Shown here: positions 18,512 to 28,461 of the stretch, in pieces
Numbering within the stretch: position 1 is the first letter of the stretch
Layout: every line of letters starts with the position of its first letter
From: an uncultured Erysipelotrichaceae bacterium
GTDB lineage: Bacteria; Bacillota_I; Bacilli_A; Erysipelotrichales; Erysipelotrichaceae
NCBI GenBank assembly: GCA_964401865.1
Contig: CAYNZZ010000010.1
Coordinates: 1 to 32,000 of the forward strand
DNA length: 32,000 nucleotides
Reading direction: 5' to 3'
Position numbers and translations under genes: made by a program
Notes under the pieces: generated by a model
Databases searched by the model: none
The model's input: only the letters and a program-made list of their open reading frames with translations
What the model was told of the DNA's origin: nothing

Positions 18512-18993
18512 ATCTTTTTCTCCATGTAGTAATCGTCCATAACATAGCCATTGCCGATTTCTTTTACAAAAGAGTCGATTATTTCAAAGCCCCAGTGTTT
18601 ATAAATCTCGATAGTGTTGTAGTTATATTTATTTACGGTTAGACGAATACTCTTTAAATTGTTGCTCCTTGCATATTCAATGGCATCGTTAAGTAATGCT
18701 TTGGCAATACCTTTACCTCTTTGAGTTTTTAAAACATATAATTTTGACAAGAAAAGATAATCATTTTCAATTTTGTATTCACTAAATGCGACATATTCAT
18801 TTTCTTCTTCACATAACTTAAATACGGTTCCTTGAGCAAGTTCTTCTTCGATGGCTTTCTTAGATAAGAAATTTTCAACCATGTATTCAGCTTGTTTAAC
18901 ACCGATTATATCTTTAAAGTGATCGATAAATATTTCTTTAGCAATTACTGCTGTATCATTTACTAAATCTTTTTCAACATTGATTAGTTTCAT
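18508..18993 (-). CDS. GNAT family N-acetyltransferase
   Basis: Acetyl-CoA motif QRGKGIAKALL and the fold pattern. ATGA overlap with the downstream ATPase start. Confidence 0.85.
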   Translation of the reverse strand: MKLINVEKDLVNDTAVIAKEIFIDHFKDIIGVKQAEYMVENFLSKKAIEEELAQGTVFKLCEEENEYVAFSEYKIENDYLFLSKLYVLKTQRGKGIAKALLNDAIEYARSNNLKSIRLTVNKYNYNTIEIYKHWGFEIIDSFVKEIGNGYVMDDYYMEKKI

Positions 18994-19072
18994 AATTATT
19001 CATCTCCTAATAAATAATATTTTAGCATTATTTTTAACTTTGATATAGAATATATAGATAGAGGTGAATATT

Positions 19073-20173
19073 ATGGGTTTAACAGCAGGAATTGTTGGTT
19101 TGCCTAATGTGGGGAAATCAACTCTTTTTAACGCTATTACTAATAGTAAGGTAGAGGCAGCGAATTATCCGTTTGCCACAATAGAACCAAATGTAGGAAT
19201 TGTTGAAGTTAAAGATGAAAGATTAACTAATTTAAGTAAATTATTTGAGCCAGAACGAACAATTTATACGACATTTGAATTCACAGATATTGCCGGACTT
19301 GTAAAAGGAGCCAGCAATGGTGAAGGTTTAGGAAATAAGTTTCTAGCTAATATTCGAGATGTTGATGCAATTTGCCATGTTGTGAGATGTTTCGAAGATA
19401 ATTCAATCACTCATGTTTATAATCGCATCGATCCACTTGACGATGTAGAGATAATCAATATGGAATTAATCATGGCCGATTTAACAACTTTAGAAAACAG
19501 AGTTAATAAAATAGCTAAGAAAGCTCAGACTAATGATAGTGAAGCAAAAGCTGAAATGAAGATATTAGAAAAGATTATGACATGTCTAAAAGAGGGCAAG
19601 CTCATATCTAGCCTTGAATTCTCCAAAGAGGAAACAGCTTATATGAAGGCTTATCAGTTTTTGACTTCAAAGCCTGTTATTTATATTGCGAATATTAAAG
19701 AAGAAGAAATCAATGATCCAACTGTGAACGAAAACTATAATAAGTTAAAGAAATATGCCGATGAAAACAAAGCAGAAGTTGTAGCCATTTCTGCTAAGAT
19801 CGAAGAAGATTTATCAGATATGGAAAAGGAAGAAAAATTGGCTTTCTTAAATGATTTGGGCATTAATAGATCGGGTCTTGACGAACTTATTTTGAAAGCT
19901 TATAAGACGCTGGGTTTAAATACTTTCTTTACTGTTGGTAAAGATGAATGTCGCGGCTGGACTTTTAAAGACGGTATGACTGCTCCAGAGTGTGCTGGCG
20001 TAATTCATAGCGATTTTCAAAAAGGTTTCATCAAAGCAGAAGTATTTACATATGAAGATATGATGGAATATCAAAGTGAAGTAAAACTAAAAGAAGCAGG
20101 GAAGTTACGTCTTGAAGGTAAAGACTATATCGCTAAAGATGGTGATATAATGCACTTTAGATTTAATGTTTAA
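19073..20173 (+). CDS. ychF: Ribosome-binding ATPase YchF
   Basis: [17 protein letters not shown]-loop, DIAGLV, and C-terminal TGS-like region [19 protein letters not shown] 19073 is preferred (AGAGGTG 7 nt upstream) over GTG 19064. Confidence 0.93.
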   Translation: MGLTAGIVGLPNVGKSTLFNAITNSKVEAANYPFATIEPNVGIVEVKDERLTNLSKLFEPERTIYTTFEFTDIAGLVKGASNGEGLGNKFLANIRDVDAICHVVRCFEDNSITHVYNRIDPLDDVEIINMELIMADLTTLENRVNKIAKKAQTNDSEAKAEMKILEKIMTCLKEGKLISSLEFSKEETAYMKAYQFLTSKPVIYIANIKEEEINDPTVNENYNKLKKYADENKAEVVAISAKIEEDLSDMEKEEKLAFLNDLGINRSGLDELILKAYKTLGLNTFFTVGKDECRGWTFKDGMTAPECAGVIHSDFQKGFIKAEVFTYEDMMEYQSEVKLKEAGKLRLEGKDYIAKDGDIMHFRFNV

Positions 20174-20175
20174 AA

Positions 20176-21360
20176 ATGAAAAGATATTTAGTGGCTGTAT
20201 CAGGAGGGCCAGACTCAATGGCTCTTTTGGATACACTAAGAGTAAGAGGATATAATCTTGTAATAGCTCATGTCAATTACAATAAAAGAGATAGCGCTTT
20301 AAGAGATATGCTCATTGTTAATGAATATGCAAGGAGATATTCGATACCTTTGGTTATTAAAAATGCATTTTCAAAAGATGTGTATGGTAATTTCCAAAAC
20401 TGGGCTCGTGATTTTAGATATCATTTTTTTAAAGAAATCTATGATAAATATCATTGTGATGCACTGCTGATAGCTCATCAGGAAGATGATTTAATCGAGA
20501 CCTATCTCATGCAGAAAGAAAAAAACCTAAGACCGCATTATTACGGATTAAAAAAAGATAGTTCTTTATATGGTATGATTATTTCACGACCATTATTGAA
20601 TGTTAAAAGGTCAACGATTTTAAGGTATCTAAAAATAAAAAAAATAACATATGGGATTGATGAAAGCAATTTGACTAATGATTATCGTCGTAATCAATTG
20701 AGACACGAGATTGTTGAAAAGATGGATGACGAAAAGAGAAATGAGATATTAAGTGAAATTACATCGCTAAATTATCAATTACTAAAAAAAGAAGAATTGA
20801 TAAAAAAGACTTTTCAAGGAGTAAAAAAAATAAGTATTCAAGATTTTTTAAAGTTTGAAGATCAAAAAGGACTTTTGAGATATCTCTTGTACAGTAATTT
20901 GAGCGATAAACATCTTAATAATTTGATTAGAATTATTAAGGATGGCAAGTCATTTGAAGTTAAAATAAAAGATAAATATTTTGTGAAAGAATATGGTTAT
21001 ATCGAAAGTTATGATTGTGTAAAATCATATCATTTTAGTTATGATAAATTATGTTATACAAAAGAAAAGTATTTCGCTTTTGTTGATAAAGGTACAAACA
21101 AGCAGGCTTTGAGCTTGTCAAAAGATGATTTTCCTATTACGGTTCGCAATTTTGAAAATGGCGACAAAATAAAAATGCGATATGGAACTAAGAAGGTATC
21201 ACGTTTTTTTATCGACAACAAGATTCCTAGCAAATACCGTAAGATTTGGCCGGTTGTTGTCAACAAGAATCATGAGATAATATTCGTTCCACAAATAGGT
21301 GCTAATATCAATCATTATTGTACAAATAGCGATTTATTTGTGGTAGAATCTTTATATTAA
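20176..21360 (+). CDS. tilS: tRNA(Ile)-lysidine synthetase
   Basis: PP-loop VAVSGGPDSMAL. Conserved tilS-hpt-ftsH context. Confidence 0.9.
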   Translation: MKRYLVAVSGGPDSMALLDTLRVRGYNLVIAHVNYNKRDSALRDMLIVNEYARRYSIPLVIKNAFSKDVYGNFQNWARDFRYHFFKEIYDKYHCDALLIAHQEDDLIETYLMQKEKNLRPHYYGLKKDSSLYGMIISRPLLNVKRSTILRYLKIKKITYGIDESNLTNDYRRNQLRHEIVEKMDDEKRNEILSEITSLNYQLLKKEELIKKTFQGVKKISIQDFLKFEDQKGLLRYLLYSNLSDKHLNNLIRIIKDGKSFEVKIKDKYFVKEYGYIESYDCVKSYHFSYDKLCYTKEKYFAFVDKGTNKQALSLSKDDFPITVRNFENGDKIKMRYGTKKVSRFFIDNKIPSKYRKIWPVVVNKNHEIIFVPQIGANINHYCTNSDLFVVESLY

Positions 21361-21376
21361 GGGGGTAAGTCTTATA

Positions 21377-21922
21377 ATGCATACAGATATTGAATCAATA
21401 TTGTTTAGTGAAGAAGAAATAAGAACTAAATCAATGGAACTAGCTTCGAAGATTAATGAAGATTTTCAAGGCAAAAAACCAATAGTGGTTGGCTTGTTGA
21501 AGGGATCGGTTCCATTTATGGCTGAACTTATGAAACATATCACATTAGACATCGAAATTGATTTTATGGATGTATCGAGTTATAGCGGTACAGAATCTGT
21601 AGGTGATGTAAGAATAAATAAAGATCTTGATTCTTCTGTTAGGGGAATAGATGTCATCTTAGTAGAAGATATTGTTGATACTGGAAAGACTTTGGCTAAA
21701 GTACGCGAATTAATGTATCAAAAGGGCGCAAGCAATGTCAAAATCGTATCACTTTTAGATAAACCCGATAGAAGACTCATAGATATACAAGCTGATTATG
21801 TTGGATTTGAAATCCCTAATGAGTTTGTAGTTGGATATGGTCTTGATTATGACCAAAAATATCGTAATTTACCATATATTGGTATCTTGAAAAAAGGAGT
21901 ATATGAAAATGCAAAATCCTAA
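21377..21922 (+). CDS. hpt: Hypoxanthine phosphoribosyltransferase
   Basis: PRPP motif ILVEDIVDTGKTL and GYGLDYDQKYRNLPYIG. Confidence 0.94.
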   Translation: MHTDIESILFSEEEIRTKSMELASKINEDFQGKKPIVVGLLKGSVPFMAELMKHITLDIEIDFMDVSSYSGTESVGDVRINKDLDSSVRGIDVILVEDIVDTGKTLAKVRELMYQKGASNVKIVSLLDKPDRRLIDIQADYVGFEIPNEFVVGYGLDYDQKYRNLPYIGILKKGVYENAKS

Positions 21923-23825
21923 TAATAAGAATAGATTTATATTTAGCATTCCATATTTAATTGTGCTTATATTTATCGTTTCTATGTTTTTCTCTAATCC
22001 TTTGTCAAACCGTAGTGTTACTCTAGGATATTCAGAATTCATGGATGCCTTAACTAGCGATAGAATTGAGGCGGCTAATGTATCTGTTGACTACAACACA
22101 ATTAGTATCAATGGTGTGTTCAAAGATGAAAAAGGAACTAGTTATGAATTCATTTCAACTATTCTAAATACCGAGAATCAATCCGAAGAATTGATGAAAC
22201 ACTTGAATAATATTTCTTCAGTAAATATTATTGATGCTAATCAATCTAATATTTGGATTGAAGTTCTAGGGAGTGTAATTCCACTTATATTCTTTGGCTT
22301 CTTAGCTTTCTTTATGTTCAGCAAGATGAGCGGTGGCGGTGCAAATAAACAAGCCTTTGATTTCTCTAAATCTAAAGCTCGTCTTGAAAGCGACATTAAA
22401 GTTAGATTTTCTGATGTTGCCGGTGCTGATGAAGAAAAAGAAGAAATGGCTGAGATTATCGAATACTTAAAGACACCCAGAAAGTTCGCTAAAATGGGCG
22501 CAAGAATCCCTAAGGGTATTTTGATGGTTGGTTCACCAGGTACTGGTAAGACATTGTTAGCAAAAGCGGTTGCAGGTGAGGCTAATGTTCCTTTCTATTC
22601 TATTTCCGGTTCTGACTTCGTTGAAATGTTTGTCGGTGTCGGTGCAAGTAGAGTTAGAGATATGTTTAAAACGGCTAAACAAACTGCTCCTTGTATGATT
22701 TTCATTGATGAAATTGATGCTGTAGGTCGTCAACGTGGCGCTGGTATGGGCGGTGGTCATGATGAGCGTGAGCAAACTCTTAACCAGTTGTTAGTTGAAA
22801 TGGATGGTATGTCAGATAATAGCGGTATCGTAGTTATTGCAGCTACTAACCGTCCAGATGTTCTAGATCCTGCACTATTAAGACCTGGTCGTTTTGATAG
22901 ACAAATCACTGTATCTTTACCAGATTTGAAAGGTAGAGAAGCCATTTTGAAAGTACATGCCAGAAATAAGAAAATCGCTGACGATGTAAACTTAGAGGCT
23001 CTTGCAAGAAGAACTCCTGGGTTCTCTGGCGCTGATTTGGAAAATGTACTCAATGAAGCTGCTATTTTAACGGTTAGAGAGAATAAAGAAGTTATTTCAA
23101 CTGAACAAATCGATGAAGCTATTGATAGAGTAATGATGGGACCAGCCAAGAAGTCTCGTACCTATGATGATAAAACTAAAAAATTGGTTGCTTATCATGA
23201 AGCTGGACACGCCATTGTTGGTCTAAATTTAAAAGATGGCGCTATCGTCCAAAAAGTTACTATCATTCCACGTGGCAATGCTGGTGGATATAACTTGATT
23301 ACACCAAGAAAAGAAAGAATTTTGAATACTCGTAAAGAGTTACTTGACACTATTACTTCTTATATGGGTGGAAGATGTGCTGAAGAAATATTCTTTGATG
23401 ATATTTCAACTGGTGCTTCTAGTGATATCCAACAAGCTACAAGAATTGCTAAAGACATGGTTACGACATATGGTATGTCTGATTTGGGGCCTGTTCAATA
23501 CGATAATGGTTCTCAATCGGTATTCTTAGGTCGTGATTACAATTCTCCAAGCAATGCTTCAAGTCAAATTGCTTATGAGATTGATATAGAAGTTAGAAAA
23601 ATAATTGATCATTGTCATGATTTTGCAACTAAGATTATTGAAGAACATCGTGATGATTTGATTAAAATTGCCGAGGCGTTGATGACCAATGAAACATTGA
23701 CTGCTGAAGAGATTCAAGATGTTTTAGATGGCAAACTAGTAATTCGCGATAATAAACTTGTATCAGTTAATGAAGATGTTGTTATTGACATCAATACAGA
23801 CGAAAATGATAATGAAGCCGAATAA
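21903..23825 (+). CDS. ftsH: ATP-dependent zinc metalloprotease FtsH
   Basis: Two N-terminal TM segments, Walker A GSPGTGKT, Walker B IFIDEID, SRH, and the HEAGHA zinc site. ATG 21909 is better spaced from GGAG (21896-21899) than ATG 21903. Confidence 0.95.
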   Translation: MKMQNPNNKNRFIFSIPYLIVLIFIVSMFFSNPLSNRSVTLGYSEFMDALTSDRIEAANVSVDYNTISINGVFKDEKGTSYEFISTILNTENQSEELMKHLNNISSVNIIDANQSNIWIEVLGSVIPLIFFGFLAFFMFSKMSGGGANKQAFDFSKSKARLESDIKVRFSDVAGADEEKEEMAEIIEYLKTPRKFAKMGARIPKGILMVGSPGTGKTLLAKAVAGEANVPFYSISGSDFVEMFVGVGASRVRDMFKTAKQTAPCMIFIDEIDAVGRQRGAGMGGGHDEREQTLNQLLVEMDGMSDNSGIVVIAATNRPDVLDPALLRPGRFDRQITVSLPDLKGREAILKVHARNKKIADDVNLEALARRTPGFSGADLENVLNEAAILTVRENKEVISTEQIDEAIDRVMMGPAKKSRTYDDKTKKLVAYHEAGHAIVGLNLKDGAIVQKVTIIPRGNAGGYNLITPRKERILNTRKELLDTITSYMGGRCAEEIFFDDISTGASSDIQQATRIAKDMVTTYGMSDLGPVQYDNGSQSVFLGRDYNSPSNASSQIAYEIDIEVRKIIDHCHDFATKIIEEHRDDLIKIAEALMTNETLTAEEIQDVLDGKLVIRDNKLVSVNEDVVIDINTDENDNEAE

Positions 23826-23840
23826 TACTCGGCTTTTAAA
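23815..23840 (+). terminator. Terminator or attenuating hairpin after ftsH
   Basis: AAGCCGA-ataatac-TCGGCTT followed by TTAAAA. The stop codon is in the loop and the U tract is short. Confidence 0.5.
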
Positions 23841-23857
23841 ATGAAAAGAGGTCTTTT

Positions 23858-24736
23858 ATGAATAAAATATTAAAAGCTACTGCTAATAATGGCACAATCA
23901 GAATATATCTATGCGATATTAAAGAAGCGGTAGAAAAAGCCAGACTAACACATGATTTATACCCCACATCTCTTGCAAGCATGGGTAGAGTGATGGCGAT
24001 TACGGTCATTATGGCTTCGATGCTAAAAGGCGAAGAAGAAAGCATCACTACAACTATAAATGGTGGTGGTCCAATTGGCACAATCATGGTAAATGCTAAG
24101 TCAAATGGCGATATCAAAGGTTTTGTAGGTGACAACAAAATATATTTAAAATATAACGATAGTGGCAAATTGGCAGTCGGTGTAGCAGTTGGTAAAGATG
24201 GCTATCTTAAAGTAACTAAGGATTTGGCTTTAAAACAGAATTTTACAAGTCAAGTTGAGTTACAGAGCGGTGAGATTGGCGATGATTTTGCATATTATTT
24301 CGCTCTTTCTGAGCAAATTCCTTCTTTGGTATCGGTTGGTGTATTGGTTGATACAGATTATTCATGTAAATCTGCCGGTGCGATGTTAATTGAATTAATG
24401 CCGGGTCACACAGAAGAAGATATTTTAAAGGCAGAAGAAGTTCAAAAGAAATTAAAGCCTATTTCTGAGTTGCTATCAAGTGGTCTTAACCTTCAAGATA
24501 TTTTGAAGATGTATTTTGAAGACGCTGAAATATTAGAGATGACTACTTGTGATTATCATTGTGATTGCAATCGCGATCGCTTTATTGGCGGTTTGTTTAC
24601 ACTTCCTATTGATGAGTTAAAGGAATTAGCTAAGGAAGATATTACTGTTAAATGTGAATTTTGTAATAAAGAATATACTTTCAAAAAAGATGAACTTAAA
24701 AATTGGGTAGATTATGTTCAAAGTCAAAAATCTTGA
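23858..24736 (+). CDS. hslO: Redox-regulated chaperone Hsp33
   Basis: C-terminal Zn switch CDCNRDRF..CEFCNKEY. 292 aa. Confidence 0.92.
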   Translation: MNKILKATANNGTIRIYLCDIKEAVEKARLTHDLYPTSLASMGRVMAITVIMASMLKGEEESITTTINGGGPIGTIMVNAKSNGDIKGFVGDNKIYLKYNDSGKLAVGVAVGKDGYLKVTKDLALKQNFTSQVELQSGEIGDDFAYYFALSEQIPSLVSVGVLVDTDYSCKSAGAMLIELMPGHTEEDILKAEEVQKKLKPISELLSSGLNLQDILKMYFEDAEILEMTTCDYHCDCNRDRFIGGLFTLPIDELKELAKEDITVKCEFCNKEYTFKKDELKNWVDYVQSQKS

Positions 24737-25712
24737 TATAAGAAATCCAGTAGTTATTGCACCAATGGCAGGCATTTCTAATGCAGCTTTCAGACAACTG
24801 GCATTTGAAAACGGAGCTGGCTTAGTATACACTGAAATGGTATCGGATAAAGCTATCTTTTATAACAATAAGAAAACAATTAATATGGCAGAGGTTGATA
24901 ATTCTTTTCATCCGGTTAGCTTGCAGATATTTGGCAGCAGTGTTGAAACGATGGTTTATGCTGCTAAATATGTTGATGAAAAAACTAATGCTGACATTGT
25001 AGATATAAATATGGGCTGTCCAGTAAATAAAGTAGTTAAAACTGGAGCAGGAAGTGCATTGTTACTGAATCCCAAAAAAGCAATTGAGATCGCTAAAGAA
25101 GTGGTGAAATCGTGCAAAAAACCAGTAAGCGTCAAGATGCGTGTTGGTTATTATAATGATGGTTTTGATTATCTAGACTTTGCCCAAAAATTAGAAGCCA
25201 CAGGTATATCGTTATTGGCTGTGCATGGAAGAACAAGAAGCCAAATGTATGAAGGAAAAGCCGATTGGTCAAAGATAAAAACTATCAAGGAACATCTTAA
25301 AATTCCAGTTATTGGTAACGGCGATATTAAAACCGTTGATGATTTTATAAGATGTAAGGACTATTCTAAAGTCGATGGAGTAATGATAGGTCGTGGTGTG
25401 GTAGGTAATCCTTTTCTGATTAAAGAGATAAATAATTATTTAGCAGGAAAGAATAATTATGAAGTAATATATCAGGAACGATTTGATATGTGTCTAAAAC
25501 ACTTTGAAAAATTAATCGCTTTATATGGAGAAAAACTGGCTACATCACAAATGCGTGGTTTAGCACCTCATTATCTTACTGGTTTAGTTCAAAGTGCGAT
25601 GTATAGAGGAAAATGTAATTCCATAAGTTCATATGACGATTTAAAAATGATACTTGATGAATATACGCTTTTTTTGCAAAATGATTGTCAAGTACATAAT
25701 AATGTATTATAA
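24714..25712 (+). CDS. dusB: tRNA-dihydrouridine synthase B
   Basis: APMAGISNAAFR, DINMGCP, VKMR and HGRTR motifs. 332 aa. Confidence 0.92.
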   Translation: MFKVKNLDIRNPVVIAPMAGISNAAFRQLAFENGAGLVYTEMVSDKAIFYNNKKTINMAEVDNSFHPVSLQIFGSSVETMVYAAKYVDEKTNADIVDINMGCPVNKVVKTGAGSALLLNPKKAIEIAKEVVKSCKKPVSVKMRVGYYNDGFDYLDFAQKLEATGISLLAVHGRTRSQMYEGKADWSKIKTIKEHLKIPVIGNGDIKTVDDFIRCKDYSKVDGVMIGRGVVGNPFLIKEINNYLAGKNNYEVIYQERFDMCLKHFEKLIALYGEKLATSQMRGLAPHYLTGLVQSAMYRGKCNSISSYDDLKMILDEYTLFLQNDCQVHNNVL

Positions 25713-25713
25713 T
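25685..25713 (+). promoter_or_regulatory. Promoter for the SAM riboswitch and metK, embedded in the end of dusB
   Basis: TTGTCA (25685-25690), 17 nt, TATAAT (25708-25713). The -10 hexamer contains the dusB TAA stop (25710-25712). Confidence 0.6.
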
Positions 25714-25727
25714 TACGAAGCTATAAA

Positions 25728-25866
25728 ACCTTATCAAGAGCGGTGGAGGGAATAGGCCCAAAGAAACCCGGCAACCTGTTTAGCAAGGTGCTAAATCCTA
25801 CAGATTTATTCTGGAAGATGAGGAAATAAATTTTGTTTATTTGCCTCTTCTTTGTGAAGAGGTTTT
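25728..25866 (+). promoter_or_regulatory. SAM-I (S-box) riboswitch with intrinsic terminator
   Basis: CCTTATCAAGAGCGGTGGAGGGAATAGGCCCAAAGAAACCCGGCAACC..AAGGTGCTAAATCC..CAG..CTGGAAGATGAGG matches the S-box core. P1 pairs 25729-25735 with 25817-25823. The terminator is CCTCTTC-tttgt-GAAGAGG-TTTT (25844-25866). It precedes metK. Confidence 0.92.
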
Positions 25867-25891
25867 ATATTATTAGGAGGGAAAGAAAGAC

Positions 25892-27040
25892 ATGAAAACA
25901 ATTTTTACTTCAGAATCCGTTACTAAAGGTCATCCTGATAAAATATGTGACCAAGTATCAGATGCTATTTTAGATGCGATTATTGCCCAAGATCCTCACG
26001 CTCATGTTGCGTGTGAAACAGTTGCTTCAAAAAACATATTAATTATTACTGGCGAGATATCGACTAATGCAAATATTGATGTTGAAAAGATTGCTAGAGA
26101 AACTGTAAAAGAAATTGGTTATACAAGAAAAGAGTGGGGTTTCAAATATGATGAAATCGATGTTGAAATCAGACTGAGCAAGCAATCTAGTGACATCAAT
26201 CAAGGAGTATGCTTAAATGACGAGGAAATCGGTGCTGGCGACCAAGGCATGATGTTTGGCTACGCATGTGATGAGACTGATAATTATATGCCTTTATCGT
26301 TTGAACTAGCTTCAAAACTTGCTAAGAAATTAGATGAAGTTAGAGAAAATAAAACATTAGATTATTTGGGACCTGACGGTAAATCGCAAGTGAGTATCGA
26401 ATATGAAAATGGCAAGATAAATAGAATAGATACTATCGTTGTGTCTAATCAACATTTAGACAGCGTTGATATTGAAACAGTTAGAAAAGACATTAAGAAA
26501 TATGTCATTGACGAAACGATCGACCAATCATTGATCGATGAAAATACTAAGATTTTAATCAATCCGACTGGTAGATTTGTAATTGGTGGACCTATTGGTG
26601 ATGTTGGCTTAACCGGAAGAAAAATCATTGTGGATACATATGGTGGTTATGCTCCTCACGGTGGCGGCGCTTTCTCAGGAAAGGATCCTAGTAAAGTCGA
26701 TAGAAGTGCAGCTTATTATGCTAGATACATAGCTAAACATTTGGTAGCTGCTAAACTATGTGACAAAGCGATGATTCAAGCTTCCTATGCAATCGGTGTT
26801 CCATCTCCGGTGTCACTGTATGTTGAATGCTACGGAACAAATCATACAGCGATGGAAAACATTTATGCAGCTATTAACGATTGTTTTGATTTAAGTGTTA
26901 AAAATTTAATTGATGAACTAGGACTTCAAAGACCAATTTATAAAAACTTAGCAAGTTATGGCCATATGGGTAGAGAAGATTTAAATTCTCCTTTTGAAAA
27001 ACTTGATAAACTTGAAAAAGTTAAGACTTATCTAAAATAA
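25892..27040 (+). CDS. metK: S-adenosylmethionine synthetase
   Basis: FTSESVTKGHPDKICDQVSDAILDA, GAGDQGMMFGYA and GGGAFSGKDPSKVDRSAAY. Confidence 0.96.
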   Translation: MKTIFTSESVTKGHPDKICDQVSDAILDAIIAQDPHAHVACETVASKNILIITGEISTNANIDVEKIARETVKEIGYTRKEWGFKYDEIDVEIRLSKQSSDINQGVCLNDEEIGAGDQGMMFGYACDETDNYMPLSFELASKLAKKLDEVRENKTLDYLGPDGKSQVSIEYENGKINRIDTIVVSNQHLDSVDIETVRKDIKKYVIDETIDQSLIDENTKILINPTGRFVIGGPIGDVGLTGRKIIVDTYGGYAPHGGGAFSGKDPSKVDRSAAYYARYIAKHLVAAKLCDKAMIQASYAIGVPSPVSLYVECYGTNHTAMENIYAAINDCFDLSVKNLIDELGLQRPIYKNLASYGHMGREDLNSPFEKLDKLEKVKTYLK

Positions 27041-27116
27041 TTAATACTATTAATTTGCTCAATATTTCTGCCTTTATTTGTTTCATAGCTTAAAAATTGT
27101 TATTATTTAGAAGAAT

Positions 27117-27869
27117 ATGTTATTAACGGTTGATATAGGAAATACAAATATAAAATTAGGTATATATGATGGCGATAAAAAAATAGCCTTTAAACGCTTT
27201 GAAACAAGTAGTGATAATCAGAAATTTTACTATGAGGAATTATTAAGAGAAAATAATCTTTTCGGTGAGATTGATGATGCGATAATATCGTGTGTAGTTC
27301 CACAATTAAAAGAAGAGAATATTAAAATCATTAATTCTTTAATCAATGGCGAATGTATTATTGTTGACCATCTAATCGATAGTGGAATTGTTGTCGATAC
27401 TGATAATCCAGAGGAAGTTGGAAGTGATCTCATTACAATGTGTTCTTACGCATACCATATGACAAATGATGCGGTTATTGTTTTATCTTTCGGCACTGCT
27501 AATGTCTTATGTTATGTAGATGATAATGCTTGTTTCAAGTATTGTATAATTGCACCAGGGATGTTATTACAAGTAAATTCTCTGTTTTCAAATGCGGCAA
27601 AACTTCCGAACTTTCAATTGGATAAACAAAATTCATGCTTAGTCAATGACACAATAAAAGCGATGAACGTTGGTGTAATAGATGGAACGGTTGGTTCGTT
27701 TAATTATCTTATTTCAAAGATGAAAAAAGAATTAGGCAGAAAAGAAATCAAAATAATTGCATCTGGAGGATTGGGGAAGTATGTTGTTACAGATTTAGGG
27801 ATAAGCGTATATAATCCCGATCTTGTCAGCGATGGACTACGTTATTTATACAATAGATGTAAGAAATGA
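27117..27869 (+). CDS. coaX: Type III pantothenate kinase
   Basis: LLTVDIGNTNIKLG at the N-terminus, a GSD and FGTA pattern, and a C-terminal ASGG. Confidence 0.88.
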   Translation: MLLTVDIGNTNIKLGIYDGDKKIAFKRFETSSDNQKFYYEELLRENNLFGEIDDAIISCVVPQLKEENIKIINSLINGECIIVDHLIDSGIVVDTDNPEEVGSDLITMCSYAYHMTNDAVIVLSFGTANVLCYVDDNACFKYCIIAPGMLLQVNSLFSNAAKLPNFQLDKQNSCLVNDTIKAMNVGVIDGTVGSFNYLISKMKKELGRKEIKIIASGGLGKYVVTDLGISVYNPDLVSDGLRYLYNRCKK

Positions 27870-27894
27870 TGTTTGTAGAAAGATGGATATAAGT

Positions 27895-28452
27895 ATGAAT
27901 AAAATTATATTAGCCAGTGGATCGCCAAGAAGGAAAGAACTTATCGAAACACTAAAGATTCCTTTTTCGGTTATTGTCAGTGATATAGATGAGAGTATTG
28001 ATGAAAATGCTAATTTAGTAGATGAAATTGAGAAATTATCTTATAAAAAAGCCTTAGCCGTATTTAAAGATCATAAGGATGCGGTTGTGATTGGAGCTGA
28101 TACCATTGTTGTACATAACAATGAAGTATTAGGTAAACCTAAAACCGAAGAAAATGCGATTAAAATGTTAAATAAAATTCAAGGTGATTGGCATGAAGTG
28201 ATAACTGCGGTTTCAATCATTTCTGTTAAACAAAGTGAAACGTTTTCGGTAGTTTCAAGAGTTCACTTTTATCCAATGGATGACGAAGAAATAAAACTAT
28301 ATGTCAATTCTAAAGAACCATTAGATAAAGCCGGAGCATACGCCATTCAAGGAGAAGGAAGTCGCTATATAAAAGAAATTAAAGGCGATTATTATTCAAT
28401 TATGGGTTTGCCAATTAGCGAACTTTATCGTAGAATTAAAAAGTACCTATAA
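27895..28452 (+). CDS. maf: Maf-like nucleoside triphosphate pyrophosphatase
   Basis: ILASGSPRRKEL, GADTIV, and KAGAYAIQG..GDYYSIMGLP. Start taken at ATG 27895 (MNKIILAS), with ATG 27883 as an alternative. The track's start at 27823 overlaps coaX. Confidence 0.9.
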   Translation: MNKIILASGSPRRKELIETLKIPFSVIVSDIDESIDENANLVDEIEKLSYKKALAVFKDHKDAVVIGADTIVVHNNEVLGKPKTEENAIKMLNKIQGDWHEVITAVSIISVKQSETFSVVSRVHFYPMDDEEIKLYVNSKEPLDKAGAYAIQGEGSRYIKEIKGDYYSIMGLPISELYRRIKKYL

Positions 28453-28459
28453 GGTACTT
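28441..28459 (+). other. Hairpin spanning the maf stop codon, 2 nt upstream of the tRNA 5' end
   Basis: AAGTACC-taTAA-GGTACTT (perfect 7 bp, stop codon in the loop), then AT, then GCCGATA (tRNA). No U tract follows, so it is not an intrinsic terminator. Confidence 0.6.
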
Positions 28460-28461
28460 AT

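Noticed and set aside
22757-23149. 130-aa ORF, plus the 72-aa ORF at 22557-22775, antisense to ftsH.
   Set aside because: They lie entirely inside the strongly supported ftsH reading frame. They have low-complexity S/L/T-rich composition typical of antisense frames of AT-rich genes, and no RBS.
25576-25761. 61-aa minus-strand ORF spanning the dusB end and the start of the riboswitch.
   Set aside because: It overlaps the dusB coding sequence and the conserved S-box core. The RNA element and dusB explain this sequence.
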